From NCBI RefSeq assembly GCF_001194135.2, contig NC_068984.1, forward strand, positions 88,914,379 through 88,978,378: DNA of 64,000 nt, written 5' to 3'. The position numbers and the translations under genes were made by a program. The notes under the pieces are model-generated. The model had not been told where the DNA came from. It ran no database searches and saw only the letters and a program-made list of their open reading frames with translations. Positions 25,322 through 38,879 of the stretch are shown here, piece by piece. Positions within the stretch are counted from its first letter, which is position 1; every line of letters begins with the position of its first letter. Source of the DNA: Octopus bimaculoides. Taxonomy: Eukaryota.

Positions 25322-25905
25322 GAAAGCTGGCAGGGGCGGGGAACTGATTAATTTAGATTAATCGAAAGCTTTCGATAGGGTCGACCATCGATATCTGGTA
25401 GCGGTCCTCAGAGCAGCCGGCTTTGGGCCTGTTTTCAGAGGCTGGATCTCGACAGTTTACGGCGGCATTTCCTCGGTGATGAAGATCAATGACCACCTAT
25501 CGGAACTTTTTAGTATTTTCCGCCAAGGTTGCTCGCTCTCGTCTTTTCTGTATGTGTTGAGCTTAGAGACACTCCTACGGAAAATGGAGACATTGTGCAG
25601 TTTCCCGGAGAGCTAGGATGCGGGAGAGGTGTATCGGCGTATGCAGGTGGCGTCACCGTAACTGTGATGGGCACCACACACATCGAGGCGATCGGCACCG
25701 CTCTAAAGGAGTGTGAATCGGTGACAGGAGCAAAAATTAACTCTGACAAATCAGTAGGTCTGAACCTCGGCACCTGGAGAGGCAGGTCTATGCCATCCAA
25801 CAACGTCGTAGGGCCCTGGACAGACAGACCGGTTAAGCTATTCGGGGTCTGGTTCGGTCCAAACCTCCAGGTGGACAAGAACTGGGATGAGCTAATCATA
25901 AATAT
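25322..25905 (+). mobile_element. Tx1/L1-clade reverse transcriptase fragment
   Basis: SKAFDRVDHRYL..GFGPVFRGWI, AYAGG at 25637-25651 (decayed YADD), GAKINSDKS, VKLFGVWFG. Confidence 0.85.
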
Positions 25906-26011
25906 GTAAGGGTTGGAGTAGATAGTAGGACAAAAAGAAGTAGTTTGGTGAATAGACCAAATTCCACAGATCTGTAAATAGGTTCGGCAGATGGTGAAAA
26001 GGAGATCAACA

Positions 26012-26162
<151 letters not shown>

Positions 26163-26849
26163 TCATTAAGGGAAAAGTTATTGCACAATGAACAAAGCGT
26201 GTGCTTTTAATTATATGGTTTTAAATTTTTTCACTTTTCACTGAGGTCTGCTTCGCCTTTTATCTTTCATGGCTTGATAAAATAGGCAGCAAATAAAGTA
26301 CTGAAGACAGTTTAATTGACTATATCTTTCCTCAAAGTATTTGTGGTCTTGTGCCTATATAAGAAATCATTACAATTATTGTTGATTAGAATCTATTATT
26401 ATTCTTAGAAACGATTATAACTATTACTGACAATCCTCTGAGACGTGCTGAGAAAGCCTGGCGAAAGTTCAAAACATGATTGACTGTAACTTTTTATATT
26501 TTCTGGTAGTCGTAGTATATTTTGTAATTGGGAAGAATAATTTGTTGTTGAATATGTGATTGTAGAAGGTATTCGAACTTTATTATTTAGTATGACGATG
26601 ATGCAAGCAATACGTTTCATTTTTTTTAACGAATGGTGGCAGAAGTAAAAATAGTAGAAGACTGTTGCAATGAAACTGTTCTGTGGGGCGGTAACAGCAA
26701 TAAGAAATAGTAATACGCTGAGCAAGTACAATATGAATAACTTCAATAGAAGCAGAAAAGTCATCGCCAACAATATTAGCAACAACAAATAAAAAAAGTA
26801 AACATTTTAAAAACAGTATTAACATCACACTCACACCCGCATAAACACT

Positions 26850-26889
<40 letters not shown>

Positions 26890-27659
26890 ACAAATAAACA
26901 CACACACGCACGAGGCAACAAGGGAACCTCTATGTGGTCACTCAACTTGCTAGATATAATTATCAAGTCTCTCTCAAACTATAACACAATATCTTTAAAG
27001 ATACATACTGGGTTAGGAAGTCCAGAGTGGACTATTGCTGAAAATAGAATAGAATGGATTACAGCTTCGAAGACACATGTTAGCCATTTAAAAGTTTGAT
27101 ACCATATAACAAATAATAAATGTTTAAGTGAATTTAAGACTTCTGTGTGTTTCTGAAAAGCTAATGCATGTCTTCTGTACAATCAATTTAGTTTCAACAC
27201 ACGGTCTCAGATCAAATCACTTGCCTGCTTAGTACGACTCTAAGATGGAATGGTTACAGCAAGAATATTTTGGTCTGACCAGTCAGGTTTGACATGAGGC
27301 TAAACAACAATTAATAAAAACCGTGACAATAACTCCGCTAGCAACACAGTGTTAGCAACGGCAGCATCAGTATAAACAGAATAAGTAACAACGAGAGCAA
27401 TGTCAAAAGTTAGTTCGGAAGAGATTCACTTTCAAAATAAGCACGAAAAGGAGAATAGCAATATTTATCAGCCAATGAGAACCGATTAAATATTTTAGCT
27501 TTCTTTGCGAATCTGGATATATATTACTGATCTTCTCGGAATGAACGCCAGTGTGCTAAGCTGCGACTAAAGACCCTTGGTACGGTGAAGAATTATAGGG
27601 AAGTTATAAACTCTAATTCTCCTCTTGAGATAACTCATCGGATCAGGCTTATAAATTAC

Positions 27660-28090
27660 TGGTGCTGATTACACTTGGTCATTTTCAAGTACTTGAAGTC
27701 ACTGGTCTCCTTGAGCTGTCTGGTATCGTTGAAACAAATAGGCAGGCAGCTTCCATCCTCACTAATTGCCATGTATCCAGTCTTCTTTGCATTGAGAAAC
27801 AGACTAAACTTGTCTACAGCATTCTCAAAGATGCTGTACACCTATGATGTACGTGGGGATTGCGTGGGAGTAGCTGATATAATTCAGAATGCAAAGTGTC
27901 TAAATTTACTCATGCATTTCCAACACTCAGACAAATATTGAATTGACATCCCGAATGATCCAATGTCAACTTGGAAAAATCGTTGCAGATCATCCAGGAT
28001 AATACATAATAACTTTGAGTGTAGGTTCGTGATCTTCACTATCAAATTCTTAGAACATTTAAGCAGGTGCCCTGTACTGGAAGCTAAATG
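27660..28090 (-). mobile_element. Decayed RTE-type reverse transcriptase fragment
   Basis: One minus frame reads LLCIILDDLQR..RHFAF*IISAT..IFENAVDKFSLFLNAKKTGYM..LKETSDFKYL, matching the RTE FADDIAL..GLxLNAKKTEYM..DFKYLG layout. Confidence 0.6.
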
Positions 28091-29984
28091 TATATTTTTC
28101 GCCATGGAAAATGTATAATGATCGAGTTACACTGTTAATTGGTAGAAAACGGTGACTATCATGAACAACAAATGACGGTTGGATTGCAAAAGAAAATTCA
28201 AATAGAATCCATTAGTTTTATTTAAAATATAGTGATATGTGTAGAAGATAGACTATTCTGGGAAAGACATAACAGTAAATGTTCACAACGAGAATGAGCT
28301 TTGATCATTTCTTATGCAGAATTAAAGATTTTAATGAAGATACGAACTAAGGTGTCGACGCTTGTCCTTTGCAGTGTGATTTTGAAGGTTGTGAAATATA
28401 GATTGTTTGAAAGATGTGAAGAGAAAAATCTAGGAAGGCTGTTTCAGTTACTTAGCTGTCAGGGATGGGTTCAAATTGTCATAGCTTTAAATGGATAGTT
28501 GACTTGAAATCCTGAGACGTTAAGAGTCAAAGACTGTTGTGAAGTCGATATGAAATTACATTCCTTGAATAAACGATCCAATATAGAGAGAAACTGTGAT
28601 GATAAGGTAATGGTTAAGCCTGTACTACAGAAAAGAGGTTTAAAGATGAACATCTCACTCGAACAGTGACATAGGAAGGCTGTAAGTGCTCACGTTGGTG
28701 ACGTAATCGATATGGTGCTAGATATGTCAGGACCCAAGGAGGCTTTGGTGAATCCTTGCTTCTATTGCCAAAATAAAAATAAATGTTTTAGAGGTAGATT
28801 TGGCAGTTAATCAGAGGGGAATCTACCTAAACCACCATAGATCTTATGACATGAATTAATCAATTCCATTCAAGAAAATTATTTCAAATCTTGTTCTAAA
28901 AGAATGTTCATTGGTTTTTAACGTATGTTTTCTCGTATCTTATTTACCAAATATATACCTCTAATGGCTTAGGTGGAGTATGTATTGATGAATAAATAAT
29001 ATGACTGGGAAAGTAAGAGTAGGTCTGAATGTATCAAAGCTGGATTGCGATCTCAACCTAATTGACTTTCATCGACCAATTGTTAGACTCACATTTGTTT
29101 CAGGAGTTTATTACCCTTAAAGTATTTTCAAACAGAATAAGAAATATATTTTATACACGATAAATTGATTCATCGTTTGGGTAAAGTGATTGCATATATA
29201 GATCTAGTCAAGCAATATTTTTCCCAACAGATGTAATCAAAATATTCCCACCCTTTATGAATCGTCAATGACTCAGTAAAATATTCATAATTCAATGATT
29301 CTTTTCCCTCCTTTCTTCCTTTGTAATATTTCAGCACGCACGCACACACACACACACATTTATGTATGTGTGAATGTGGGTGAGTGTGTATGTGCGTATA
29401 AGTACATTATGTACAGAGTGTATATAAATATAGATATGTGTAATATAATAACAATTCTATAATACAATTAATGACATAAACTATCACACGCGCGCAAACA
29501 TACATAAAGCAGACACATACAAGTACGCATTTATATATGTGAATAGCTACAGGAACGAATTGATGCATGCAACACAAAAGTTGAAAGATTAAAAGTGGAG
29601 CAACCAGTAATTCCCACAAACGTGAGAGAATTGTTTAACATTTTCTTTGCTTCAATTTTATGACAGAAATGTTGTCATTTTGGGTTTTGTAAATTATTTT
29701 CTTTAAAGAGATTATAATTGTAGTTTAACGCTCAAATTTTGTATTGTGCTGCATGAATAGAATTTTGAGAAAAAATATGTGCCTATTTAGTCACCTGTAA
29801 AGTTGAATGTAGTATATAGCTACATTGAAAATATTGGCTAACTCCATAAAATGTACAATAACGTCAAATTGTATGCCGTGTAGAAGAATAGAAGTTTAAT
29901 ATTCTGGGAACATGTTTTCTTCGGAGAGAAATGAAATATTTTCTGGTGTTTTTGAGAGAACTATATTGGTTTCAAATTTTGGCA

Positions 29985-30265
29985 CAAGGCCAACTATTTC
30001 GGGAGAGAGGTTAAGTCGATTACATTGACTCCAGTGTTCAGCTAGTACTTCTTTTATTGACCCCGAAAGGATGAAAGGCAAAGTCAACCTCAGCGTAATT
30101 TGAATTCAGAACGTAAAGACGGACGAAATGCCGCTAAGCATTTTACTCGGCATGCTAACCCGGCATGCTAACCCGGCATGCTAACCCGGCATGCTAACCC
30201 GGCATGCTAACCCGGCATGCTAACCCGGCATGCTAACCCGGCATGCCGCGAAGCATTTCACCACC
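29985..30265 (-). mobile_element. SINE family C with a tandem array in its 5' head
   Basis: GGCACAAGGCC..AGTCGATTACATTGAC..GACCCCGAAAGGATGAAAGGCAAAGTCAACCTC..TTCAGAACGTAAAGACGGACGAAATGCCGCTAAGCAT. Confidence 0.9.
30148..30246. repeat. Perfect 13-bp tandem repeat (CGGCATGCTAACC) x7.6
   Basis: Units start at 30148, 30161, 30174, 30187, 30200, 30213 and 30226, with a partial unit at 30239. Confidence 0.97.
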
Positions 30266-30469
30266 TTGTTGTAAAGATAAATTTACTGTGATTCGTGTTA
30301 ACAAGAAAAAATTATTACAAAAGTAACAAAAAAAAAAAGAATATAGTGTCAGGTTAGAACCAGTTCTATCACTGACTAATAGAACCTGAAATGGTCACCA
30401 TGTAATCTAATACTACCTATTTCTGGTCGAGTAGCCGGTAACTATATTGGCACCTTGCTGGGTTTGCCC

Positions 30470-30800
30470 TGAGAGGAGGGTATGTAGGCATCCAGCAGCA
30501 AATAATAAAGAATACCTTTCAAAAACGGATGAGCCCCTTGAGATCCAGTCATAACCTGTTGAGGACATGGGTACTGCAGGACTACCAGGCCCAGTGAAAC
30601 ATTTGAATGGAAGTTACACCAATATTTAATTCATTACCGGACCAGTCATGGCCTGGAAAGTCCAAATCGAAGCGGTTGTGGTGGGGAAGAATGGTAGAAA
30701 GATTTGGTTCAGACACTCCAGCGGCAGAAATGCTACGAGAACGACTTGGAAGAATAAAGGAGGAAGAGATGTAAGAGAGGAGAGGTGATAAAAGAAGTTA
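30470..30800 (+). mobile_element. Possible old LINE (RTE-like) 5' region
   Basis: CGGATGAGCCCCTTGAGATCCA..ATGGCCTGGAAAGTCC resembles RTE 5' regions from memory; no ORF support. Confidence 0.25.
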
Positions 30801-31449
30801 AGGAGGGGAGGTAACAACTGATATAACAGTACGTTACTGAATTCCATCTCTTCGGAGAACTTTCATAGTTCTGTTATTGATAAAATAGTTTATGGGACAT
30901 ACACTAAAGCTAACTCAGTTGACAATACGTCATTTATAAAACACATTCACGCAATCTCTCACATATCTAATTCCCCGTTGTTAAATACATATACATAAAC
31001 ACACACATCCATACACACCCTCTCTGATATACTCAGTTTTCTTTTATTCAACAACTCTCGACTAAATCTATCATTATCACCCGTGAGATAGAAAGTGTTA
31101 TATTTTAAGAGCGATAAAAAAGATCTCCAGTCATTGTTCCAATTAGCTCTTCTTGCTTACTGAGCTCGAACATGGGGATCAAATTCATAGATACACAAAT
31201 CATTTAAACAAACAACATAATTTGTACGTTTTACTCTATAATGATATTTCTACTGCATGCATTTGACGTCAACTGGTTTTGTTATCTCTGTGTTAATGAA
31301 TAATAATAGTAGGGCATTAAGGGTTGGATGTAAAATAGCTTTACGGCTATTTTCATACCCAACATCAACTTCATACACCAATGTGGTGACTCTAGACTAG
31401 TGTAGATAACTCCCTTGCTTACCTCTGAGTTTGAAATCATCTGCTGACG

Positions 31450-31478
31450 AGGGCAGACGGAAACTGAAAGAAGCCTGT

Positions 31479-31533
<55 letters not shown>

Positions 31534-31740
31534 GTGTGTGTTCATTTGTTTCTATGTTTGTCCCCCCACCATCGCTTGATAACTTATGTTGGTGTGTTTA
31601 CTTCCCCATAACTTAGCTGGTTGGCAAAAGACACCGATAGAATAAGTACTCGGCTTATGAAGAATAAGTCCTGGGGTCGATTTCTTCGGTGCTCCAGCAT
31701 GGCCGCAGTCAAATGACTGAAACAAGTAAAAAAAATAGAG
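31450..31740 (+). mobile_element. SINE family D, 5'-truncated
   Basis: AGACGGAAACTGAAAGAAGCC-(TA)n-..CCCCCCACCATCGCTTGA..GCTCCAGCATGGCCGCAGTCAAATGACTGAAACAAGTAAAA. Confidence 0.9.
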
Positions 31741-31899
31741 GGTAAAAGAAAGACCAAAAACAGTAATTTAATATGTTATATATATCTATAAATTTATAAA
31801 ATTTAATGTTCAATATGTTTCTCGGTACAAATGCACGCTACAGTTTTTTACACTTACACTTTTCTCGTGGTACTAAAAAGGTCCCCAACTCATGCTCTG

Positions 31900-32092
31900 T
31901 GAGGGGTGCCCAAAAGTTCCTGGCTCTAAGGGTATCGCGAAAGGCCTGATTGGAAGCCGGTTTAGAAAAACTGAAGGATCGCTGCAAATTGTGCATGAAT
32001 CTAAGAAGGGAATATGTTCAATAAAATCACAATTAACTGATTCACCAGTATTTTCTTTTACCCAAATCCAGGAACTTTTCAGCACACACTCG
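31900..32092 (+). mobile_element. Internally deleted mariner (MITE, about 190 bp)
   Basis: Inverted ends GAGGGGTGCCCAAAAGTTCCTGG / CCAGGAACTTTTCAGCACACACTCG; interior LEKLKDRCKLCMNLRREYVQ* is a mariner C-terminus. Confidence 0.85.
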
Positions 32093-32638
32093 CACACCAA
32101 CAGAAATAAATTCTTCACTGCAAGTTAATAAACGCTCGTCCATTTTAAAGTGTTTCTCCTGCTTAGAGTGTTAATTGTTCCTGCTCTGTAGCGTCGCAAG
32201 TGTTCTCACTGACCAGGTATAAAGATGCTATCGACGTCCCTACGTTCATTTACAGACATAATGCGCTAAATGAAATTTTCGTCTTTTACAGCTGCGCTTG
32301 AGGGCGAATACCCCTTTGGCCCCCACTTGCTGCATCTCTGGTGATATTTACAGCTAGGTTGATCAAGTCATTTGAATGTGTAAATAACGTTAATGGAGCC
32401 ACCGACTTTTTTGCCTGAATTTTTGCTACTACTTATCCAGTGGTACATATCACCTTATAAACCTTCCATGGGATGTTACCTGAGGATGTGGCAAAGTTAA
32501 GTTTTTTTTGCATAATCTTATATAATCTTGCATGTTATTGCATACAAAATTATATGGCGCTATGTGTTGATAATAAACTTGCTACTGAAACGCGTGTAAT
32601 AATATCTATATTATCCATTCGTTTCATATTTTATTACT

Positions 32639-32670
<32 letters not shown>

Positions 32671-32834
32671 ACACACATATTTCGTTCAGGACACTCATTG
32701 ATGAAGCCGTGCATGTATTATAGTTATTTCTTCTTCTTCACACTATTCTATTATATCAATTGAACTAAGTTTATTCTAGATATTAAAACATTTAACTACC
32801 GAATTCTCTATTGTGTTGTAATCCTTTCTACTAT

Positions 32835-33050
32835 ACGCATAAGGTCTGAAATTCGTGGGGAGAAGGTTAGTCGATTTGATCGATGCCAGTGCTCAACTGG
32901 TTTGATTTTATCAACTATAAAAGTATGAAATGCAAAGTCGACATCAGCAGCATTTGGACTCAGAATGTAAAGTCGAAAAAAACAAAAAAAAGAAAACAAA
33001 GCAGAGAACTTTTTTTGTTCGGCGAGGTAAGGATTCCTCCAGCTTCGCTA
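32835..33050 (-). mobile_element. Degenerate SINE family C
   Basis: AAGGTCTGAAATTCGTGGGGAGAAGGTTAGTCGATT..ATGAAATGCAAAGTCGAC..GACTCAGAATGTAAAG. Confidence 0.7.
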
Positions 33051-33791
33051 CCTTTGTTTTGCATTGTAATGAGATTCAATAATAGTCTGAAGCTACATGT
33101 GTATTATTAAAGTGTACTCCAGTTACAAGTTACTTAGAACTGAATCGTTGTTGATACCATTATGTCCTTAAAACAAAAGAAAAATTAAATGTCTTTGGAT
33201 AGGACAACGGTCTTTCGTAGGTAATATTTCACCGAGTGTGTATTTCCGGCAATGAAAGGAATTAGGCCAGGGAGAATAAAATTTTCTTGCCAGAAAAAAA
33301 AAAAAAACGAAACATCTGCAGTGGATTTAAATTTATGACTCATGAGCAGGTAGTGCAATACCTAATACGCCCAGCTAATTGGCTTTTACAACGTTGTATA
33401 ATCTAAAACATAAGTATCTAGACACTACTTTCCGACAATATAGATAAGTGTTGGTATTAAAAGACAGGAATTTGGAATATGAAATCAACCATTGAGAGAC
33501 AAAAGATACAAGAACCAATCTATTGCTTCTTGTTTTGTTTTTTTTTTCTTTGAAACATTACCAAAAACAACAAATATACATCATCAGCAAAGTAAATCGA
33601 GCGAAACTTGATATGTGGATGTCACTATCAAATGAACAAGATTAATATTCTCATAAAAAAAATCTCAAGCAATATGAAAATAAAAGTAAAAGCATTCAGC
33701 ACCTGAAACTGAAGAGTGGTCGGGGGCTTTCGTTCGTTATCCATCTTTCGGAGAACAAAGTAAATAACAATATAATAAAGTATGCTATTAC

Positions 33792-33834
<43 letters not shown>

Positions 33835-33844
33835 NNNNNNNNNN

Positions 33845-33886
<42 letters not shown>

Positions 33887-35159
33887 CGCATACAACACGC
33901 ATGCGCGCGCGTGACACTCGCACGTACGCACAAACATATACATGCATATGCACATGCACAAAGTTTCCAAGACAACATTAAGTGCCTCAAGTATTGCAGA
34001 TTAGAATTTCATTGGTTAAAGCACTCGTTTACATACATACATGCATACATACATACATACATACATACATACATACATACATACATACATACATACATAC
34101 ATACATTTGAGATCTAGAATTGATTTCATATTCAGTGTAATGATACACTTTTATTAGCTTAATGAATGACGTGAAAATCATTTCACTATAAATTAATAAA
34201 TAAAAAGTCATTAGCAATTTTGTTAATTTTAGCCAATCGTAAGCCACAGACACATTCATGCCTGTTTCCATAATAACAAGCGGAACATGAGAACTCTTTT
34301 GTCTGCAAGAAGACTCATGTTGACAAATATATTGAAACCACTTGTTTTACCTATCGGTTGCCAATTGAGCATGTGAATTTATGTAGCGCAGGCGATATGA
34401 AAATTGTGATTTGTTCGAGAAATTGATTGAATATTTTTTAACTTTCGTTTTTAATGAACTGTTCAATAAAATGTATGTTTTTTTTTTTTCAAATATTTAA
34501 TTTGTAATGTGCTATTTTGTTTTCTGATAACTCTTTTAAGTCCGTGCTATCGCATTAAATTCATATTGAACGCTTAAAACCACAAATGATGTGTTGTTTA
34601 CTCCTTTTTTTTTTTTGTTAACCTCTGTGACGCGAGGTAATAAACGACGCTGCGACACTCACCGTTCTATGGTAGATTCATGTCCCTGAATTTACGTGGC
34701 GCAGGAGATACGTGAATTGTGATTTGTTTGAGAAATTGATTGAATGTATTTCTAACTTTCGTTTTTAATTTTAAAAATATTTTGTAATGTGTTGCTTATT
34801 TCATGCATAAATGTTTGTTTTTTAAGCATCTTTTGTTCACTCTTTTATTTTCATATATAACATTAACATGTACATTAACATATAACATTAACATGTCATT
34901 TTATAAGATTTTGCTGGCAAATTTTTTAATTAACATAAGCATTTATTTTCATGAAAGAAAATTATCGGAAAACTTTCATCTAATTCTTCCAAATCTTTCT
35001 GTAAAAACTATATTGAAACCATTTGTGGAGAAAAATTGTAATGTGTGTATCGCATGTAACGTGTTGTTCATCGCATTTGCATTAAATGTATATTGAATGC
35101 TTAAAACTACTTGTTTACTCGTTTTTTTTTTTGTCATTGAGGTGGTTGTGAGGTGTACT

Positions 35160-35462
35160 AAAAATAACAGCTAAATAACGCATATTGATTGCTTCAAACT
35201 AAATAACACGTGTTGTTTATAAATATTGACAACACGTGCTATTTTCAGAATATTGACGACAAAATGTGCAGTCAGGCACAAAATGACATCTTCCAAATCC
35301 TGTTTCCTGACTGGGTAAAAATGATCAAACTTTAAACCTTTTTCTGGAAAAAGTGAAATAACTCCAGAAATTCAGCTTGGAAGAGTATATTATTGTGCCA
35401 AATTTTAAAATTTTCGATAAACTTTAATTTTTGAAATGCCGGCAGCCAAACCAACTAGATCC
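35160..35462. mobile_element. Unclassified DNA-transposon-like terminal fragment abutting the Buster ORF
   Basis: Ends AAATGCCGGCAGCCAAACCAACTAGATCC where the Buster ORF stops matching; the opposite terminus was not found. Confidence 0.35.
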
Positions 35463-36986
35463 AAGTTTTGTTTTTGTCACGTTTGTCACGCAAGTCTTTG
35501 AAATAGCTTATATCTTTATCGGCTTTACTGGGATGCAACTTCTTGAAATGTTCGCTCAGTCTCGAAGGCTTCATGGCTTCGTTTGAGAATGTCTTCTCAC
35601 ATATCAGGCAAAATTGCTCGCTGTGAGGTGATGAAATAAAACTGTATTTCAAATATTCGACATTATATTGCCGGTATTTCTTCTTCGCTCCTGCGTCTTC
35701 CATTGTCGATGCCTACATAAAATAGAGAAGCTATTACAGAAAGTCTAAAGAAGTGAGTGAGAATAAGAAAGAAATTTTACTAGTTGAGTGAAACTGGAAA
35801 GACTGGAAAAAGAACTGTTGTGCGAGGGAAAATGAGATACGGTACACCTACCTTCTTGTGGTAACAACTGTCCATTTGTACTTAGTCCAAGACTCGCACA
35901 TACCCGTCGAACCTAACTTAGCAGCTGCTGCAACCAACCCCCGCTAGCTCGCTCATACACGTCTATTCACGGTAACGACTCGAGCCGAAAAAAGATAGCC
36001 TTGGTCAATGCGTCCCACACTTCCTGTTGAATGAAGTGTGGGAATAGTTGAATGAGTGGTCAGTAGTTTAATGAGTGAGCAAATTAACCAGAAGGCATAT
36101 ATAACAGAAGACTGAGTCGTAGTAATTTCAACAATTCTCAACATTTTATTACCAATGTGTTCAAAGCAGCAGATTGAATTGACTCTTAAAACAGTGAAAC
36201 GAAATGGAGTTTTCGAATGTCCATTCGTGAAGTGTATATGTGCACGAATTATTCATGACTTCGAAGGTACAAAGGAAAGTGTCTGTAAAAATACATGAAA
36301 GACTTACTGACATTTTGATGGTTCTTCCATAAAAGGGTTATCCGGCTAAATACACGATGTTATACATTATGGCTGTACTTAAGTGGAGTTGCCATGTTAG
36401 TGATTGAATGTTGGAGAGATGCGTGTACCGTCACACATTGGTTGAGAAATCAACACCGACGGCACAGCGAGGACTTGTGAACAGATCAAATTCTAAGCGC
36501 TAACTAATCAAAGCTAAGCTTTTGACGCCGAGCAGCGGACAATCGAAAACGAGGCATTAACCCGTATTGCTGTGTCTACAGCGATAACCCGTATTACTGC
36601 GTCTACAGTGTTCGACTACTCCAAAGGGAAAATAATCCCATAATATGTCATGTAACTACAGAGATATTACTGGCCATTATACTTAATGAACATTTGGATA
36701 AAATCCCATGGTAGAAATGTTTTATCTGAATCATTTTTTTCAAATTATTCTGGATATCAATAGCATTTTGTCATTCCCATTATGATCTCATCAAGGGAAT
36801 TAAGAAATACGTGACACTTAAACGTGTTCATTTTTTTTCGTAACTTACTTTTCTACACCCTTTTCTCAAGTTTTACTCCATTACCTCCACCTCCTGGCCA
36901 TATTTCAGCCACCCACCGCCCATCTAACACCCTCCTAACCTTTCAGCGCCCCCAGGGGGCGGTACTGCCCACTTTGGGAACCAGTG
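35463..36986 (-). mobile_element. Buster/Charlie-type hAT transposon 5' end with BED-finger N-terminus
   Basis: 5' TIR CACTGGTTCCCAAAGTGGG (ends 36986); ORF 35455..35703 KKKYRQYNVEYLKYSF..CLICEKTFSNEAMKPSRLSEHFKKLHP, typical of ZBED5/ZBED8/SCAND3-like Buster transposases; truncated after about 80 aa. Confidence 0.9.
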
Positions 36987-37457
36987 ATTTAATCGAGAGG
37001 GCCTTCCTCTAAAGTATATATTTTTATGTCGATGTTAAAAACAATTGTTTTTATTATTGTACAGGAAATTGTGTCATGTGAATAAAAAGTAGAAACCATC
37101 TTGGTAATAAAGATTATCTATCGTCTCAACTAATACATTTGGCATTTAACATCACGGTCCATTCAATTCGGCTAAAATTACACTCTACTGTTCCGTTACG
37201 GTATAGGTTTGCTAGCTATATTTCGTTACATCGGGTGTGGTGCCTGTAGCATGCAATTTCTATATCTAAACCACTTTTATTGTTCTACGACTTAGATTTC
37301 ATCTTGTGAAAAGTTTAATACGGCAAACCTGCTGTTTGATGCTCAGATAAATAAAAAGATTAAAAAACAAACAGATAAACAAATAAAAACCTTACTGTGT
37401 ACAAATAGAAAACCTACCGTGTCTTCAATAAGTGTAAAGTATACATACAGCACATGA

Positions 37458-37488
<31 letters not shown>

Positions 37489-38489
37489 CGTACATACATA
37501 CGTATATACATACGTACGTACACGCAAAGTGTATATACACACCACACATACACATATTTACATATTTGTATGTTATGCATTTGTGTGTATATATACACAC
37601 ACTCATATATGTATGTATGTATATATGTGTGTTGTGTGTATGGATATGTCTGTATATATTTATGTATGAATAAATATATATACATATAGATAGATATATA
37701 GATAGAGAAGTAGGTAGAAAGGGAGAGAGAGATGCGGGGAGAGAGGGTAACAGGGAGAGAAAGTGAGCTAGGAGTGTGCTAGTGAAACCGCATGCACCTT
37801 GAAGATACCAACAATGTAGAAGCGAACTTTATGCCTGAAGAGTGCAAACATGTTCTATGTTGGTTATAGTTCAACTTATGTCACTCCGCAATTTAAAACG
37901 TCATATCATGAGAGTATTCTCAAGATAATCCTCAGATGAGAATCTTGCTGTCAGAGATGTTGATCTCTTTTACACGCGAAACAACTACCAAATTCTTCAA
38001 CTTATCAAATCCGTTCGTGCGTCTGCGCGCGTGAGTGAACACTTCCGCTGTAGACGAGGAGGGAAATGAACAGAGAATCCCATAGTGAAAGTAAAGGATC
38101 AATCTGTTTATTATTCTACTGAGTTTGATGTCTACGATTGTCAAACTAAAATATCGAAGAATGAAAGTCGAAATCTCTAAAAGGGATATTCAGTAAGTAA
38201 AGGAGAAGCCAATGATTGGTAAGATGTCTAAATTTGAGTACAAAGAAAAAATAGATTTGGTTATTTGTGCATGGAAAAATATGCATTTGTCTACGTAAAA
38301 AATAAATAAATAAATTACAATGATGAATGGTTGAAAGAAGGAGAGAAAGCAAATAGGAAGGAAGAAGGAGAGAGAGGAAGTGGAAGCTGTAAAATGTTTC
38401 AGTAAAATTTTAATTTTCATTCTTCAAGTCAGGTGAGGGGATGCAAAAACGGCTTATAATACGGCACAGATAGAATAATTAAACGAAAA

Positions 38490-38528
<39 letters not shown>

Positions 38529-38879
38529 GATGGTACTGGAAAAGTACCAGCTTTGCTAGAAATAGGATTCAATACCTAGCTCTTACCTTTGCGAAGGTTG
38601 CAAAAGAAATGGCAGATATCTTAATACCGGTTTTGGGTTCTGTATTAAACAATACTTATTCCTTCCATATAAGATTTGGTCGTTAAAATTTGTCTGCAAT
38701 AAATTGCTTTACGAAACGTTAAATATCAACTTTTTATACATTTCCTAATATTTAATTCTAAGCACATAATCTGATTTTTTTAAACATCAAATGATTATGG
38801 AAGTCCATCCGAGTGAAACAAGTATTAAAGAGTTCCTTAGGGAAAAAAATGCTTGAGAATCACTAATCTAACTAGTCTG

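Noticed and set aside
30148-30246. CRISPR-like regular repeat
   Set aside because: Contiguous tandem units without spacers, in eukaryotic SINE context.
31443-31470. CTGACGA-GGGCAGACG-GAAA apparent hammerhead
   Set aside because: Stem II cannot pair, and GAAA belongs to the adjoining SINE D, so this is a chance junction.
38525-38585. tRNA-like arms (TGGTACT-GGAAA-AGTACCA; TAGGATTCAATACCTA)
   Set aside because: No proper acceptor or anticodon stem; at most a decayed SINE head.
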